In this document: one piece after another, positions 17,740 to 27,316 of the stretch
How positions within the stretch are numbered: the first letter of the stretch is position 1
How the letters are laid out: every line of letters begins with the position of its first letter
DNA from: Candidatus Gastranaerophilales bacterium
GTDB taxonomy: Bacteria > Cyanobacteriota > Vampirovibrionia > Gastranaerophilales > Gastranaerophilaceae
Reading direction: 5' to 3'
NCBI GenBank assembly: GCA_944323615.1
Contig: CALUTG010000005.1
Coordinates: 8,264-72,263 of the forward strand
DNA length: 64,000 bases
Notes under the pieces: generated by a model
What the model was told of the DNA's origin: nothing
Database searches by the model: none
Seen by the model: only the letters and a program-made list of their open reading frames with translations
Program-made: the position numbers and the translations under genes

Positions 17740-19065
17740 ATGAAAATATGTTTTATTCCTATTGATAACCGTCCTGTGTGTTACAATCTTGCAAAGGATA
17801 TCTGCTCAATTGATGAAAAGATTTATCTTCTTATACCGCCGCGCAGCTTACTGGGAGATTTAACCAAACAAGCCGATATAAAAAATCTTATGCTCTGGCT
17901 TAAGAATTTACCGGAAGTTGATTCAATAATTTTATCTCTTGATACGATTATCTATGGGGGGCTTATTCCTTCAAGAAGGTCAAAGGAAACATTTTCCGAG
18001 CTACAAGAAAGAGCTAATGCTTTAAAAGAGATTCTTGTTGAGAAAAATACTAAAGTTTATGCTTTTTCAAGTATAATGAGGATTTCAAACAATAATTATA
18101 ATGAAGAAGAAACAGAGTATTGGAAAGATTGGGGAAAAAAGATTTTTGAATATTCTTACCTTACTCACAAGGGAGAGGATGTTAATACTGATATTCCTCA
18201 TGATATTTTAGATGATTATTTGAACACACGGAAGCGTAATTTCGAAATTAATAAGCTTTACCTTGAGTGGCAGAAGGAAGGAATCTTTGAGACCCTTATT
18301 TTTTCAAAAGATGATTGCGCGGAGTTTGGATTGAATGTAATAGAAGCCCAAATCTTGGAATCAATGGGAGGAAAGACAAAAACAGGGGCTGACGAAATTC
18401 CGCTTGCGCTGCTTTCAAGATCTATTGACAAAAATATAAAAATTTATCCTGTTTTTACAGAACCTGAATATAAGAATTGTATTTCAAATTATGAAGACAT
18501 TTCTATAGAGCAATCAGTTCTTTCCCAGCTGGAGCTTGGCGGATTCAAGGCTGCAGATTCCTATGAGGACGCGGATTTAATACTAATAGTTAATAATTTT
18601 ATTAAAAAACAGGGCGAACTTGTTATGGGATGGGAAACAAAACCTTTTAAACATCAGTTTGTCCCGCCGGAAAAACCTTATGCAGCTGCAGATGTAAGAT
18701 TTGCGAACGGAGCTGACAACGATTTTGTGAAACAGCTTCTGCCTCAGATTGAGTTAAAAAACTTCTATGGCTATTCGGGATGGAATACTTCTGCCAATAC
18801 GTTAGGAAGTTTACTTGCAGGAATAAAAGTAAAATTTAAAGCTTCAAAATATAATGAAAAAGCTTTCGAAAAGCTTCAGGTAATCAGATTCCTTGATGAC
18901 TGGGCATATCAGGCAAACGTAAGAGGGAAGATAAATATTCCTTGCGATATAAAAGATTTGATGAAACCTTATGAAAATCAGCTTGCACAAGTATTTGAAT
19001 ATCCTGCAAATCCTCAATACACTTACCCATGGAACAGAAAATTTGAATTGGAAGTTAGCCTTTAG
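17740..19065 (+). CDS. hypothetical protein, DUF4127-like
   Basis: 441 aa. The N-terminus MKICFIPIDNRPVCYN resembles the (L/I)P-x-D-x-RP-x-N start I associate with DUF4127. Assigned from memory only. Confidence 0.5.
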   Translation: MKICFIPIDNRPVCYNLAKDICSIDEKIYLLIPPRSLLGDLTKQADIKNLMLWLKNLPEVDSIILSLDTIIYGGLIPSRRSKETFSELQERANALKEILVEKNTKVYAFSSIMRISNNNYNEEETEYWKDWGKKIFEYSYLTHKGEDVNTDIPHDILDDYLNTRKRNFEINKLYLEWQKEGIFETLIFSKDDCAEFGLNVIEAQILESMGGKTKTGADEIPLALLSRSIDKNIKIYPVFTEPEYKNCISNYEDISIEQSVLSQLELGGFKAADSYEDADLILIVNNFIKKQGELVMGWETKPFKHQFVPPEKPYAAADVRFANGADNDFVKQLLPQIELKNFYGYSGWNTSANTLGSLLAGIKVKFKASKYNEKAFEKLQVIRFLDDWAYQANVRGKINIPCDIKDLMKPYENQLAQVFEYPANPQYTYPWNRKFELEVSL

Positions 19066-19072
19066 AGGGTTC

Positions 19073-21166
19073 CTAAGTAATTATATAGTTGTAAACCTGA
19101 TTTATTACATCTTTAAAGGCATTATGATTTCCAAAGAAAACATATAATTCAGCCCTGTTTTCTCCTATCATTTGAAGAGCCGGTGTCTCCAGCGGCGGTC
19201 CGGCAGGGGTTGAACGCGCCGGGTTATAAGGATTTGAAATAGTTCCGGTCGCTCTCAATATCGGAATCAGAAGAAAATTTTTATATATCTCATATTGAGT
19301 CAGTCCTTTTGTTACAACTCCGAGATTATTTTTATTCTCATCAATAATTAACCCCCTCTGCATTGGTGCAGTATTAGCAGCAGCTTCTATTCCTCTTGTC
19401 TTAGGTAAATTTGCACGAATGTTGTAATCCGGATTGAAATTCCGCTTAATTAAGATATTCATATCTTCCGAAAATACTTCTTTGATTTTTTCAGGTAATT
19501 CAAAACACAGCTCAAGAAGGTGATTTTTCTGAGTGTTAATCCAGTTAAATTCAAATTTTATAAAGGCAGCTTCTTTGTCCAGTGTAACTGTTAAAGGAAC
19601 AATATCCCACGGACCTTCAAAATCTATTTTTAAAGAAACTCTATTCCTGCCTTTAAGTACCGCTTTTGAGCGTAAAATTTTAAATTCGGTACCTTTATCA
19701 TCCTCTCTCGGACCGTTATTATAACTGTCTCCTTCGTCAACAAAATCTATAAGTTTGACAGGTACTTCATTTATAAATATCTGCTCAGCTTTAATTTCAA
19801 GCTTGATATTAGAGTTTTCTATTGAAGTATCAGTGACTTTTAAGTCTGTTAAACCTATAATCGGCATAAGAGCTTCAACTTCTTCAGGAGGAATATTTTC
19901 TACTTGAGCGGTATATGTTCCGATTTCTGTATAATCTTCTGTCACAGGAATACGCTGAGTATCTGTGAGTAAGTTTTTCTCAAAACCTTTAGCAGAAGCT
20001 ATTTTTTCATATCCTTCCTGAGGCCTTGCAGTTTTTACTTCAATTACACCTGAAAAATAATTGTCAGAAAGGTTTAAAATCTTATTTTCTTCCTGCCATT
20101 GTTCATCAATAATGGTTTGAGCGATTTGAAGAACTTTTTTGTATCGAATAATATTTTCGCTGTGCGTATCGTCTGTTGAGCAGCCGCAAATTCCGTCATG
20201 AGCCTGATTTTGAAGTAAAAGCTTGTATGCATATTCAATGATTTTTTCGTATTTTTCTTCGGACCTTCGGAATTTGATAAACTTAGAAGCAAGGTCAAGC
20301 TTATGAGTACATTCGATATTCATTCTTTTTAAATCAAGTCTTGAAGAATGTGTGCCCGGGAGTATAAATGTTTTTGAATTATCCCTCAATTCATCATCAA
20401 ACCTGAATTTTTCAAAATTTGACTGAACTCTTTTAAAGTATTCAAAAGGTGATGAAAGTTTAATATTGTAATCTTCTTTTAAAATTTCGTTAACTGCAAG
20501 AATCTGGTCATTAATGTCTTTTTCAACTCCCAAATGGTCTGCGCCTATTGGGAAAAGCAGAAAGTTGCCTGATTTTTCTGATATTAAATCCAGATTCTTT
20601 TTGAGAATCTCAGCTTTTTTTTCAATATCACAATTTAATGAAAAAACATCCTGAAAATAGCCCCTCACAAGGTTAACCGTATCCATTCCGCACCACTTGA
20701 AATCAGCCGGAAAATCTCCGCAGCCCCGCCAGACAATACATTTATCTATTCCGAAATCTCTGAGAATGTCCGGAACATTTTTGCTGTGACCGAAAGTATC
20801 CGGAAGGTATCCGATAAAATCAGTGCAGCCAAAATCCAATGCTGTTTTTAATCCTATTTCCAAGTTTTTGGAAAAACAAGTTTTATCGGTTAAAAATTCA
20901 TCCACAAGACAATAAAAAGGTCCGATAAATATTTTTTTTGAGAAAATAAGACTCCTTACGAGTTCTTCTTTTTCCGGACGAATCTCCAAGTAATCTTGCA
21001 GGGCGGAAACCTGTCCGTCAAAATAAAAACAAGGAATTTTATTAGTTGCAAGAAGCTCCAGAATATTATCAAAAACACGTAAAAGACGCATTCTGAATAT
21101 TTCAAACTCTCTGTACCATTCCCTGTCCCAATGTGTATGCAGATAGGCTATAACTTGTTTCCTCAT
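19073..21166 (-). CDS. glycoside hydrolase family 38 (alpha-mannosidase / mannosylglycerate hydrolase-like)
   Basis: ORF 19073-21202, with the start moved to ATG 21166. The GH38 N-domain signatures LHTHWDREWY and GYLPDTFGHS are present. Confidence 0.8.
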   Translation of the reverse strand: MRKQVIAYLHTHWDREWYREFEIFRMRLLRVFDNILELLATNKIPCFYFDGQVSALQDYLEIRPEKEELVRSLIFSKKIFIGPFYCLVDEFLTDKTCFSKNLEIGLKTALDFGCTDFIGYLPDTFGHSKNVPDILRDFGIDKCIVWRGCGDFPADFKWCGMDTVNLVRGYFQDVFSLNCDIEKKAEILKKNLDLISEKSGNFLLFPIGADHLGVEKDINDQILAVNEILKEDYNIKLSSPFEYFKRVQSNFEKFRFDDELRDNSKTFILPGTHSSRLDLKRMNIECTHKLDLASKFIKFRRSEEKYEKIIEYAYKLLLQNQAHDGICGCSTDDTHSENIIRYKKVLQIAQTIIDEQWQEENKILNLSDNYFSGVIEVKTARPQEGYEKIASAKGFEKNLLTDTQRIPVTEDYTEIGTYTAQVENIPPEEVEALMPIIGLTDLKVTDTSIENSNIKLEIKAEQIFINEVPVKLIDFVDEGDSYNNGPREDDKGTEFKILRSKAVLKGRNRVSLKIDFEGPWDIVPLTVTLDKEAAFIKFEFNWINTQKNHLLELCFELPEKIKEVFSEDMNILIKRNFNPDYNIRANLPKTRGIEAAANTAPMQRGLIIDENKNNLGVVTKGLTQYEIYKNFLLIPILRATGTISNPYNPARSTPAGPPLETPALQMIGENRAELYVFFGNHNAFKDVINQVYNYIIT

Positions 21167-21336
21167 ACAACTTATGATACCCAAAATTATATGCAAGGTC
21201 AATTGCTTTCTAGTATTAACGGAGGATTTTTTGACTATTTTCTAAAGTAAAAAGATTAGACTGCCGTTTTTCATGTTGACTTTATCTAAAAAAGGATTAA
21301 AACAAAAAAACAGGTAAAATATAGGAGATTCCGGCT

Positions 21337-22644
21337 ATGGGAATGGCAGCATCACAAGCGAGATATTTAGCACTCACGGCAAGAAAGACAAACTGCGAAT
21401 ACGAAGGTCAGCAGATTAACCAGGCAAGAACGGCTCTTGCTAACCAGAGTGCAGATTTGTTTAATCGTTTGCTGGATCTTGAGGTTCCTGTTGCACCAAA
21501 GACTACTGATTATACAGAGGTTCAATACTCATATTCGGACGGTACAAATGAATCTGTTCTCGACAGTTGGTATCAGCTCTCTTCGTCTGACCCGAATTAT
21601 AATTATATAGTTAACCATTATTATTATGCTGATGTGTATACAGGTTCTCAAAAACAGCTTAATAACCCACAGGTACAGACAAAGGGTGAAGTAATAGAAG
21701 ATGCTTTCGATGGTCAGGATCCTATTGTAACCTATGATGCTAACAATGATACTTATACAATAACTACGGCTGACGGGCAGACTAGAACATATTCAGCTAT
21801 TGGTTCTTTAGCAATGGATGAGAAACTGGAAAATTCTTTAAGGGATTTTGAAGTGGCAAAGGGAATGGCCACTGCCGATGGCGCCTTGACCACTGATGCT
21901 GTATACGGATATCAGGATTCAAATGGAACCTGGCATTTCTTTTTAGAAGATGAAGTTGCGGAGCCGAAAGACTATTCTACGGTTTATGTCCCTTCAATGG
22001 TTGGGAATTCTCCGCTTACTGAACTTACCAATTTGACTGAAGATCAAGCGGCAGAACTTGCTCAAATACTTAAAGACTTGCCGGATTCTTCCATGAACCA
22101 GTATTTAAGCTTTGATGCCGAAGGTAATCTTGTTTATAACGGAAGTGGTATATATGCTTTTGATATGCAGGGTAAAACCTATTTTACAACAGAATCAGAT
22201 TTGTATAACAGTATGCAGACCTATGATGAATATGGAAAGCCGATTGAAGGGCAGCAGCAACTTGCTTATTATAATGCTTCATATATAAAAACTAAAATAG
22301 AAGAAACAAATCATGCGCTTCTGGAAACGGACGAAAATGGCAGGTTCACTTCAGTTAAATTTGATGATGACAGTGTTGTATATACTTTGAATACAGAAAC
22401 TGTAACGGATGAAGATGCTTACCAAGATGCAATGAATGAATATAATTACAAAGTTCAACAATATGAAAAAACAATTGCTGATATTAACGCAAAAACATCT
22501 ATCATTCAGCAGGAAGACCGCACTCTGGAATTAAGACTTAAGCAGCTTGATACGGAACAAAACGCACTTTCTACGGAAATGGAAGCTGTTAAGAAAGTTA
22601 TCAGCGATAACGTTGAAGCAACATTCAAGACATTCTCAGATTAA
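21337..22644 (+). CDS. hypothetical acidic protein with conserved-looking N-terminal helix and C-terminal coiled coil
   Basis: 435 aa. MGMAASQARYLALTARKTNCEYEGQQINQARTALANQS, then a D/E/Y/T-rich core, then about 80 aa of heptad-like sequence at the C-terminus. No signal peptide. GGAG Shine-Dalgarno upstream. Confidence 0.75.
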   Translation: MGMAASQARYLALTARKTNCEYEGQQINQARTALANQSADLFNRLLDLEVPVAPKTTDYTEVQYSYSDGTNESVLDSWYQLSSSDPNYNYIVNHYYYADVYTGSQKQLNNPQVQTKGEVIEDAFDGQDPIVTYDANNDTYTITTADGQTRTYSAIGSLAMDEKLENSLRDFEVAKGMATADGALTTDAVYGYQDSNGTWHFFLEDEVAEPKDYSTVYVPSMVGNSPLTELTNLTEDQAAELAQILKDLPDSSMNQYLSFDAEGNLVYNGSGIYAFDMQGKTYFTTESDLYNSMQTYDEYGKPIEGQQQLAYYNASYIKTKIEETNHALLETDENGRFTSVKFDDDSVVYTLNTETVTDEDAYQDAMNEYNYKVQQYEKTIADINAKTSIIQQEDRTLELRLKQLDTEQNALSTEMEAVKKVISDNVEATFKTFSD

Positions 22645-22676
22645 TAAGTAATTATGATTTAAATCTAATTTGCTTC

Positions 22677-23258
22677 TTAGTCTTCATCAAGTTCTGAAGT
22701 TTTAAATCTCAGATAGAAAATTTCGTTTTCATAAATATAAAGTTCTTCCCCTTTTTCTATATATGAAAGAGGGGAATCTTCGTAAACTTGAATGGCACCG
22801 GATTTTAACCTGTTGCCTTCTTCATTGTTAACCATTCCTTTGACAAGAGAAACCCCTTGAGTTAATCCATGCACAAAATATCCGCCAACTGTAGTTGCTG
22901 CAGACAAAGCTACTTTACCTTTGTCTATTTCTCTTTTAGCTTTATATTTTGCGGTGAACTCAAAATCACTAATCTCTTTTGTAACACCGTTCATCGTATA
23001 TGACGTAGGGCGTAGTGTGAAAGAGGCATTTCTTTTCCCTCGCTTTGGAAATTTCACATCAATTACACTGGCCTCGACTATTGTATTAAGGTCAAATGTT
23101 ACACCGTTTTCAAAACTTACATTATCAAGAGTTTTAAATTTCATAGTAGCAGGCGGCTTTGTTGAATCAAATGGCGTTAGTGCCTGTACTTCAACAGTTA
23201 CACCTGCATACGCAGGCATCATAATTAAGCAGAATAATAATACTAAATACTTTTTCAT
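22677..23258 (-). CDS. secreted hypothetical protein, paralogous to the C-terminal domains of the two SLH proteins
   Basis: ORF 22677-23309, with the start moved to ATG 23258 (MKKYLVLLFCLIMMPAYAG signal peptide). Confidence 0.7.
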   Translation of the reverse strand: MKKYLVLLFCLIMMPAYAGVTVEVQALTPFDSTKPPATMKFKTLDNVSFENGVTFDLNTIVEASVIDVKFPKRGKRNASFTLRPTSYTMNGVTKEISDFEFTAKYKAKREIDKGKVALSAATTVGGYFVHGLTQGVSLVKGMVNNEEGNRLKSGAIQVYEDSPLSYIEKGEELYIYENEIFYLRFKTSELDED

Positions 23259-23381
23259 AATAATATTTAACCCTTTTTCTAAAATTCTGTCAACAAAAAA
23301 GAAAAACATCTCTGCCCTTGCTATTTAAGCTTTTTTTTCGTATGATTGTATAGCAAGACTTACTAAAAAGGGGATATTAAA

Positions 23382-24134
23382 ATGAGTGGACATTCAAAAT
23401 GGTCGACTATTAAACATAAAAAAGCTAAAACAGATTCACTAAGAGCTGCAGAATTTCAGAAATTTTCACGTGAAATTATTGTTGCTTCAAAACTTGGCGG
23501 AGGTGACCCTGCAGGGAACTTCCGTTTGAGAACAGCTATTGAAAAAGCTAAGGCGGCAGGGCTTCCAAATGACAATATTAAAAGAGCAATCGAAAAAGGC
23601 TGCGGAAGCGGCAATAATGAAAATTACGAAGAAATGATTTATGAAGGTTATGCAGCGGGCGGTGTTGCAGTTGTTATTGAAGCAATGACAGATAACAAAA
23701 ACAGAACGGCAGGCGATATTAGAAGCTATTTTACAAAATTTAACGGGAATCTTGGTGAAACAGGCTGCGTAGGCTGGATGTTTGATAAAAAAGGCTGTAT
23801 AACTTTTGATGCTGACTCTGTAGATTACGAGAAACTCTTTGAAGCTGCAATTAATCTGGATGCGGAAGACATTGTTGAGGAAGATGATGAATATAAAGTA
23901 TACACCTCAGTAGCTAATTTCCAAACAGTAGCAGAAGGTCTTGAGTCGGAAGGGTTTAAATCAAAAACAGCAGAGTTTACTCGTATTCCTCAAAATATGA
24001 TAGAAGTTACTGATGAAAAAACGGCTCAAAATATTATGAGACTTTTGAATAAACTGGAAGAACACGATGATGTTCAGAATGTTTATGCTAATTTTGATAT
24101 TAGCGATGATATTATGGAAAAAATAGATGTGTAA
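23382..24134 (+). CDS. yebC: YebC/PmpR family DNA-binding transcriptional regulator
   Basis: 250 aa. MSGHSKWSTIKHKKA start, which is diagnostic of the family. Confidence 0.93.
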   Translation: MSGHSKWSTIKHKKAKTDSLRAAEFQKFSREIIVASKLGGGDPAGNFRLRTAIEKAKAAGLPNDNIKRAIEKGCGSGNNENYEEMIYEGYAAGGVAVVIEAMTDNKNRTAGDIRSYFTKFNGNLGETGCVGWMFDKKGCITFDADSVDYEKLFEAAINLDAEDIVEEDDEYKVYTSVANFQTVAEGLESEGFKSKTAEFTRIPQNMIEVTDEKTAQNIMRLLNKLEEHDDVQNVYANFDISDDIMEKIDV

Positions 24135-24159
24135 ATAATTTTTAGGAGGGCACCCTATT

Positions 24160-24495
24160 ATGATGAACATGATGAATATGATGAAACAAGCTCAAAATAT
24201 TCAAAAAAAGCTCATGGAAGCTCAGGAAGAACTTTCAAATATGAATATTCCGGCGGAAGCAGGCAATGGTTCCGTTAAAGTTACATGTGACGGAAAAGGT
24301 ATATTTAAATCAATTAAATTGTCTGCGGAAGCTATCAACCCTGATAGTCCGTCTTCTGTTTCCGAAGATACAATTGAAATGCTTGAAGATTTAATAACAA
24401 CTGCATTAAACAAAGCTATTGAAGATTCAAAAAAGGTTATGGAAGAAAAAATGAAATCTGTTACAGGTGGAGTTAATCTTCCGGGATTAATGTAA
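24160..24495 (+). CDS. ybaB: YbaB/EbfC nucleoid-associated protein
   Basis: 111 aa. MKQAQ..QKK..EAQEEL start and C-terminal TGG..LPGLM. Confidence 0.88.
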   Translation: MMNMMNMMKQAQNIQKKLMEAQEELSNMNIPAEAGNGSVKVTCDGKGIFKSIKLSAEAINPDSPSSVSEDTIEMLEDLITTALNKAIEDSKKVMEEKMKSVTGGVNLPGLM

Positions 24496-24498
24496 AAA

Positions 24499-25095
24499 AT
24501 GATTTATCCAAAATCAATAGCAAGATTAATAGAACAATTTCAAAAATTTCCGTCCGTTGGTCCAAAATCAGCCCAACGGATGGCTTTTCAAGTGCTTAAG
24601 ATGCCTCTGGGCGAAGTTGAAAAATTTGCCCAGGCTATTATTGATGCTAAAAAAAGTTCCAAAACTTGCGAAATTTGTTTCAATATCTCAACCCAGAGTC
24701 CTTGTGAAATCTGTGAATCAACTAACCGTAACCGCTCTGTTATTTGTGTTGTTGCTGAGACAAAAGACCTTATTGCAATAGAAAAAACCAATGAATACAG
24801 AGGACTTTATCACGTTTTACAGGGGTTAATTTCTCCTATGGACGGGATAGGTGCTGAAGATATAAGGATAAAAGAACTTTTAACCCGGCTGACGGATGAA
24901 ACGGTTCAGGAAGTTATTCTTGCTTTATCACCATCCGTTGAGGGAGAAGCAACAAGCCTTTATTTAACAAAGTTGATCAAACCTTTCGGGATAAAGATTT
25001 CAAGAATTGCGTTCGGCATTCCGGTAGGAGCTGACCTGGAATACGCTGATGAAGTAACTCTTGCCCGTGCAATAGAGGGAAGAAGAGAATTATAA
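24499..25095 (+). CDS. recR: recombination protein RecR
   Basis: 198 aa. FPSVGPKSAQRMAF helix-hairpin-helix, C4 zinc finger CEICFN...CEIC, and Toprim domain. Confidence 0.95.
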   Translation: MIYPKSIARLIEQFQKFPSVGPKSAQRMAFQVLKMPLGEVEKFAQAIIDAKKSSKTCEICFNISTQSPCEICESTNRNRSVICVVAETKDLIAIEKTNEYRGLYHVLQGLISPMDGIGAEDIRIKELLTRLTDETVQEVILALSPSVEGEATSLYLTKLIKPFGIKISRIAFGIPVGADLEYADEVTLARAIEGRREL

Positions 25096-25312
25096 AGGAG
25101 AATATATTGGCTTTATATTACCCAGCAGCTATAATGTTAAATAATGTAAAGGTGAACTTTTACACGTCTAAAACTTAATAATAATAGCTAATTTGGCTGT
25201 ATAAGGTGTGTTAAATACAAAAAAATCTGGCAAATTTTATTTGTCAGATGTTTTATTGGGTTTAGAAAGTAGTTAGAAAAATATAGTGTGAAATTTGTAG
25301 AAAGGAGATTTT

Positions 25313-25843
25313 ATGGTTACAATTAATAATTGTGTTAAACTACCGGGAGAATTAAAAACGGAAGGTGCAAAATTTATAAAGAAAAATGGGAATAAGTATG
25401 CTATCAAATACAATAGAGGCGGTAATATTACGTGTTCGGAAATTTATGTGCAGGCATCAGACAGTGCCCCTCTTAATTCAGTATATCGTTTAATTGGCAG
25501 ACGTATAAGCAGAGCAGCTAAAAGGTCAGGGGATACAATAGAACGTAACCACCTTACTACTCAAATAATGGATGGTAAGCCTCAAGAAAGTGTTCTTAAA
25601 AAAATACAAAGGGTTTTTTTAGGCAAAGGAGAACCGGTACTGGTTAATACCCTGACAGGAACAGCAAAAGGTCCGTTTGCTTCTCCGGAAAAAGCTCTTA
25701 AATTTTCAAATTTTACAAAAGAAAGCAGGCTCATCGGGGTGAATGCTCCGGAATCAGAAATAAAAGCTTTAAATCACTTTTCAGATCTTAATTTTGATGA
25801 AGGCAGTAAGAAATTGCTTGGAGTTGACACGATTTCATTCTAA
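25313..25843 (+). CDS. hypothetical protein
   Basis: 176 aa. AGGAG Shine-Dalgarno. Stand-alone between a 217-nt AT-rich spacer and a terminator. No family recognised. Confidence 0.6.
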   Translation: MVTINNCVKLPGELKTEGAKFIKKNGNKYAIKYNRGGNITCSEIYVQASDSAPLNSVYRLIGRRISRAAKRSGDTIERNHLTTQIMDGKPQESVLKKIQRVFLGKGEPVLVNTLTGTAKGPFASPEKALKFSNFTKESRLIGVNAPESEIKALNHFSDLNFDEGSKKLLGVDTISF

Positions 25844-25847
25844 TTAA

Positions 25848-25879
25848 TAAAGGAACAGGAAAAATCCTGTTCCTTTTTA
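25848..25879. terminator. bidirectional intrinsic terminator (25313 gene / eno)
   Basis: AGGAACAGG / CCTGTTCCT stem flanked by A- and T-runs. Confidence 0.85.
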
Positions 25880-25884
25880 TATCA

Positions 25885-27231
25885 TTATAAACTGCAGCAA
25901 GGTGGGATATCATCATCGTTTTTTAGGGCTTTAAACGATCTTATTCCCATATATTTAGCATTCTCGCCCAGTTCTTCTTCAATTTTCAGGAGTCTGTTAT
26001 ATTTGCAGATTCGATCTGTTCTCGAAAGGGAGCCGGTTTTGATAAGACCTGCATTTACGCCTACAGCTAAGTCTGCTATGAAAGTATCTTCCGTTTCTCC
26101 TGAACGATGCGAAATTATCGTACTAAAGTCATTTTGCTGAGCCATTAGTATTGTATCTAAAGTCTCAGAGAGTGTTCCTATCTGATTTGGCTTAATCAGA
26201 ATAGAATTAGCCAGTTTCTTTTGTATACCGCCTCTAAGCCTTTCAACATTTGTCACAAACAAATCATCTCCGACTAACTGGCAAGAATCTCCCAATCTTT
26301 CTCTCAGTTTTTTCCAGCCGAGTTCGTCATCTTCTGCAAGTCCGTCTTCAATAGAGATAATAGGATAAGTTTTTACAAGATTTTCTAAATAATCTATCAT
26401 CTCTTCGGAAGAAAAGGTTTTTCCCATACCTTTTAGTTTGTATTTTGAAAGAGAACAAAAACCGCCCTGACACTCGCCTTCTTCATATAATTCGGAGGCT
26501 GCCACATCAAGACACAGGCGGACACTTTTAAGATTATATCCTGATACTTCTATAGCTTTTATAATGAGTTCTATTGCCTCTTCCGTTGAAGATAAATTCG
26601 GTGCAAAACCGCCTTCATCGCCTACTGTTGTAGAAAGGTTTTTCTCATTAAGTATTTGTTTTAGGGTATGGAATATTTCTGAGCCTGCGCGAATGGCATC
26701 TGCAAATGTAGAAGCTCCGACTGGCGCTATCATAAACTCTTGAAAATCGAGGTTATTATTTGCATGTGCTCCCCCATTTAAAATATTCATCATAGGAGTC
26801 GGCAGTACTCTGGCATTAATTCCGCCTAAATATTTATACAAAGGAATGTCATACGCTTTAGCACTGACTCTTGCGCAGGCTAAAGATACCGCAAGCAGAG
26901 CATTAGCTCCGAGAGTTGATTTATTAAACGAACCATCCATCTCGAGGAGGGTATTATCTATTCCTCTTTGATCTGAAGGATCTTCACCTTCAAGGTTTGG
27001 GGCTATTATATTATTAATATTATCAACTGCTTTGTAAACTGATTTTCCCTGAAACTCATTTTTATTTTTGTCTCTGAGTTCTACCGCCTCAAAAGTTCCG
27101 GTGGAAGCGCCTGATGGAACGGATGCTGAGGCCTTAGTACCGTCTGATAGTTCAACTTCGGCTTCTACTGTAGGGTTCCCGCGGGAATCAAGAATCTGTC
27201 TTGCAGTAATGTTTTCAATCTCTAAAATCAT
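25885..27231 (-). CDS. eno: enolase (phosphopyruvate hydratase)
   Basis: 448 aa. [32 protein letters not shown]. Confidence 0.96.
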   Translation of the reverse strand: MILEIENITARQILDSRGNPTVEAEVELSDGTKASASVPSGASTGTFEAVELRDKNKNEFQGKSVYKAVDNINNIIAPNLEGEDPSDQRGIDNTLLEMDGSFNKSTLGANALLAVSLACARVSAKAYDIPLYKYLGGINARVLPTPMMNILNGGAHANNNLDFQEFMIAPVGASTFADAIRAGSEIFHTLKQILNEKNLSTTVGDEGGFAPNLSSTEEAIELIIKAIEVSGYNLKSVRLCLDVAASELYEEGECQGGFCSLSKYKLKGMGKTFSSEEMIDYLENLVKTYPIISIEDGLAEDDELGWKKLRERLGDSCQLVGDDLFVTNVERLRGGIQKKLANSILIKPNQIGTLSETLDTILMAQQNDFSTIISHRSGETEDTFIADLAVGVNAGLIKTGSLSRTDRICKYNRLLKIEEELGENAKYMGIRSFKALKNDDDIPPCCSL

Positions 27232-27316
27232 AAATCACTCCTTTTTTATAAGGAGTATAAAAAAGAATTAAAAGAGATAATATTCAACAATAGGGCAGTT
27301 TTATTTACACCTGATT

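Noticed and set aside
25106-25177. 23-codon TTG-initiated mini-ORF right after recR, with AGGAG 6 nt upstream.
   Set aside because: The only support is a Shine-Dalgarno-like sequence that overlaps the recR stop region. It is too short and has no recognisable features.
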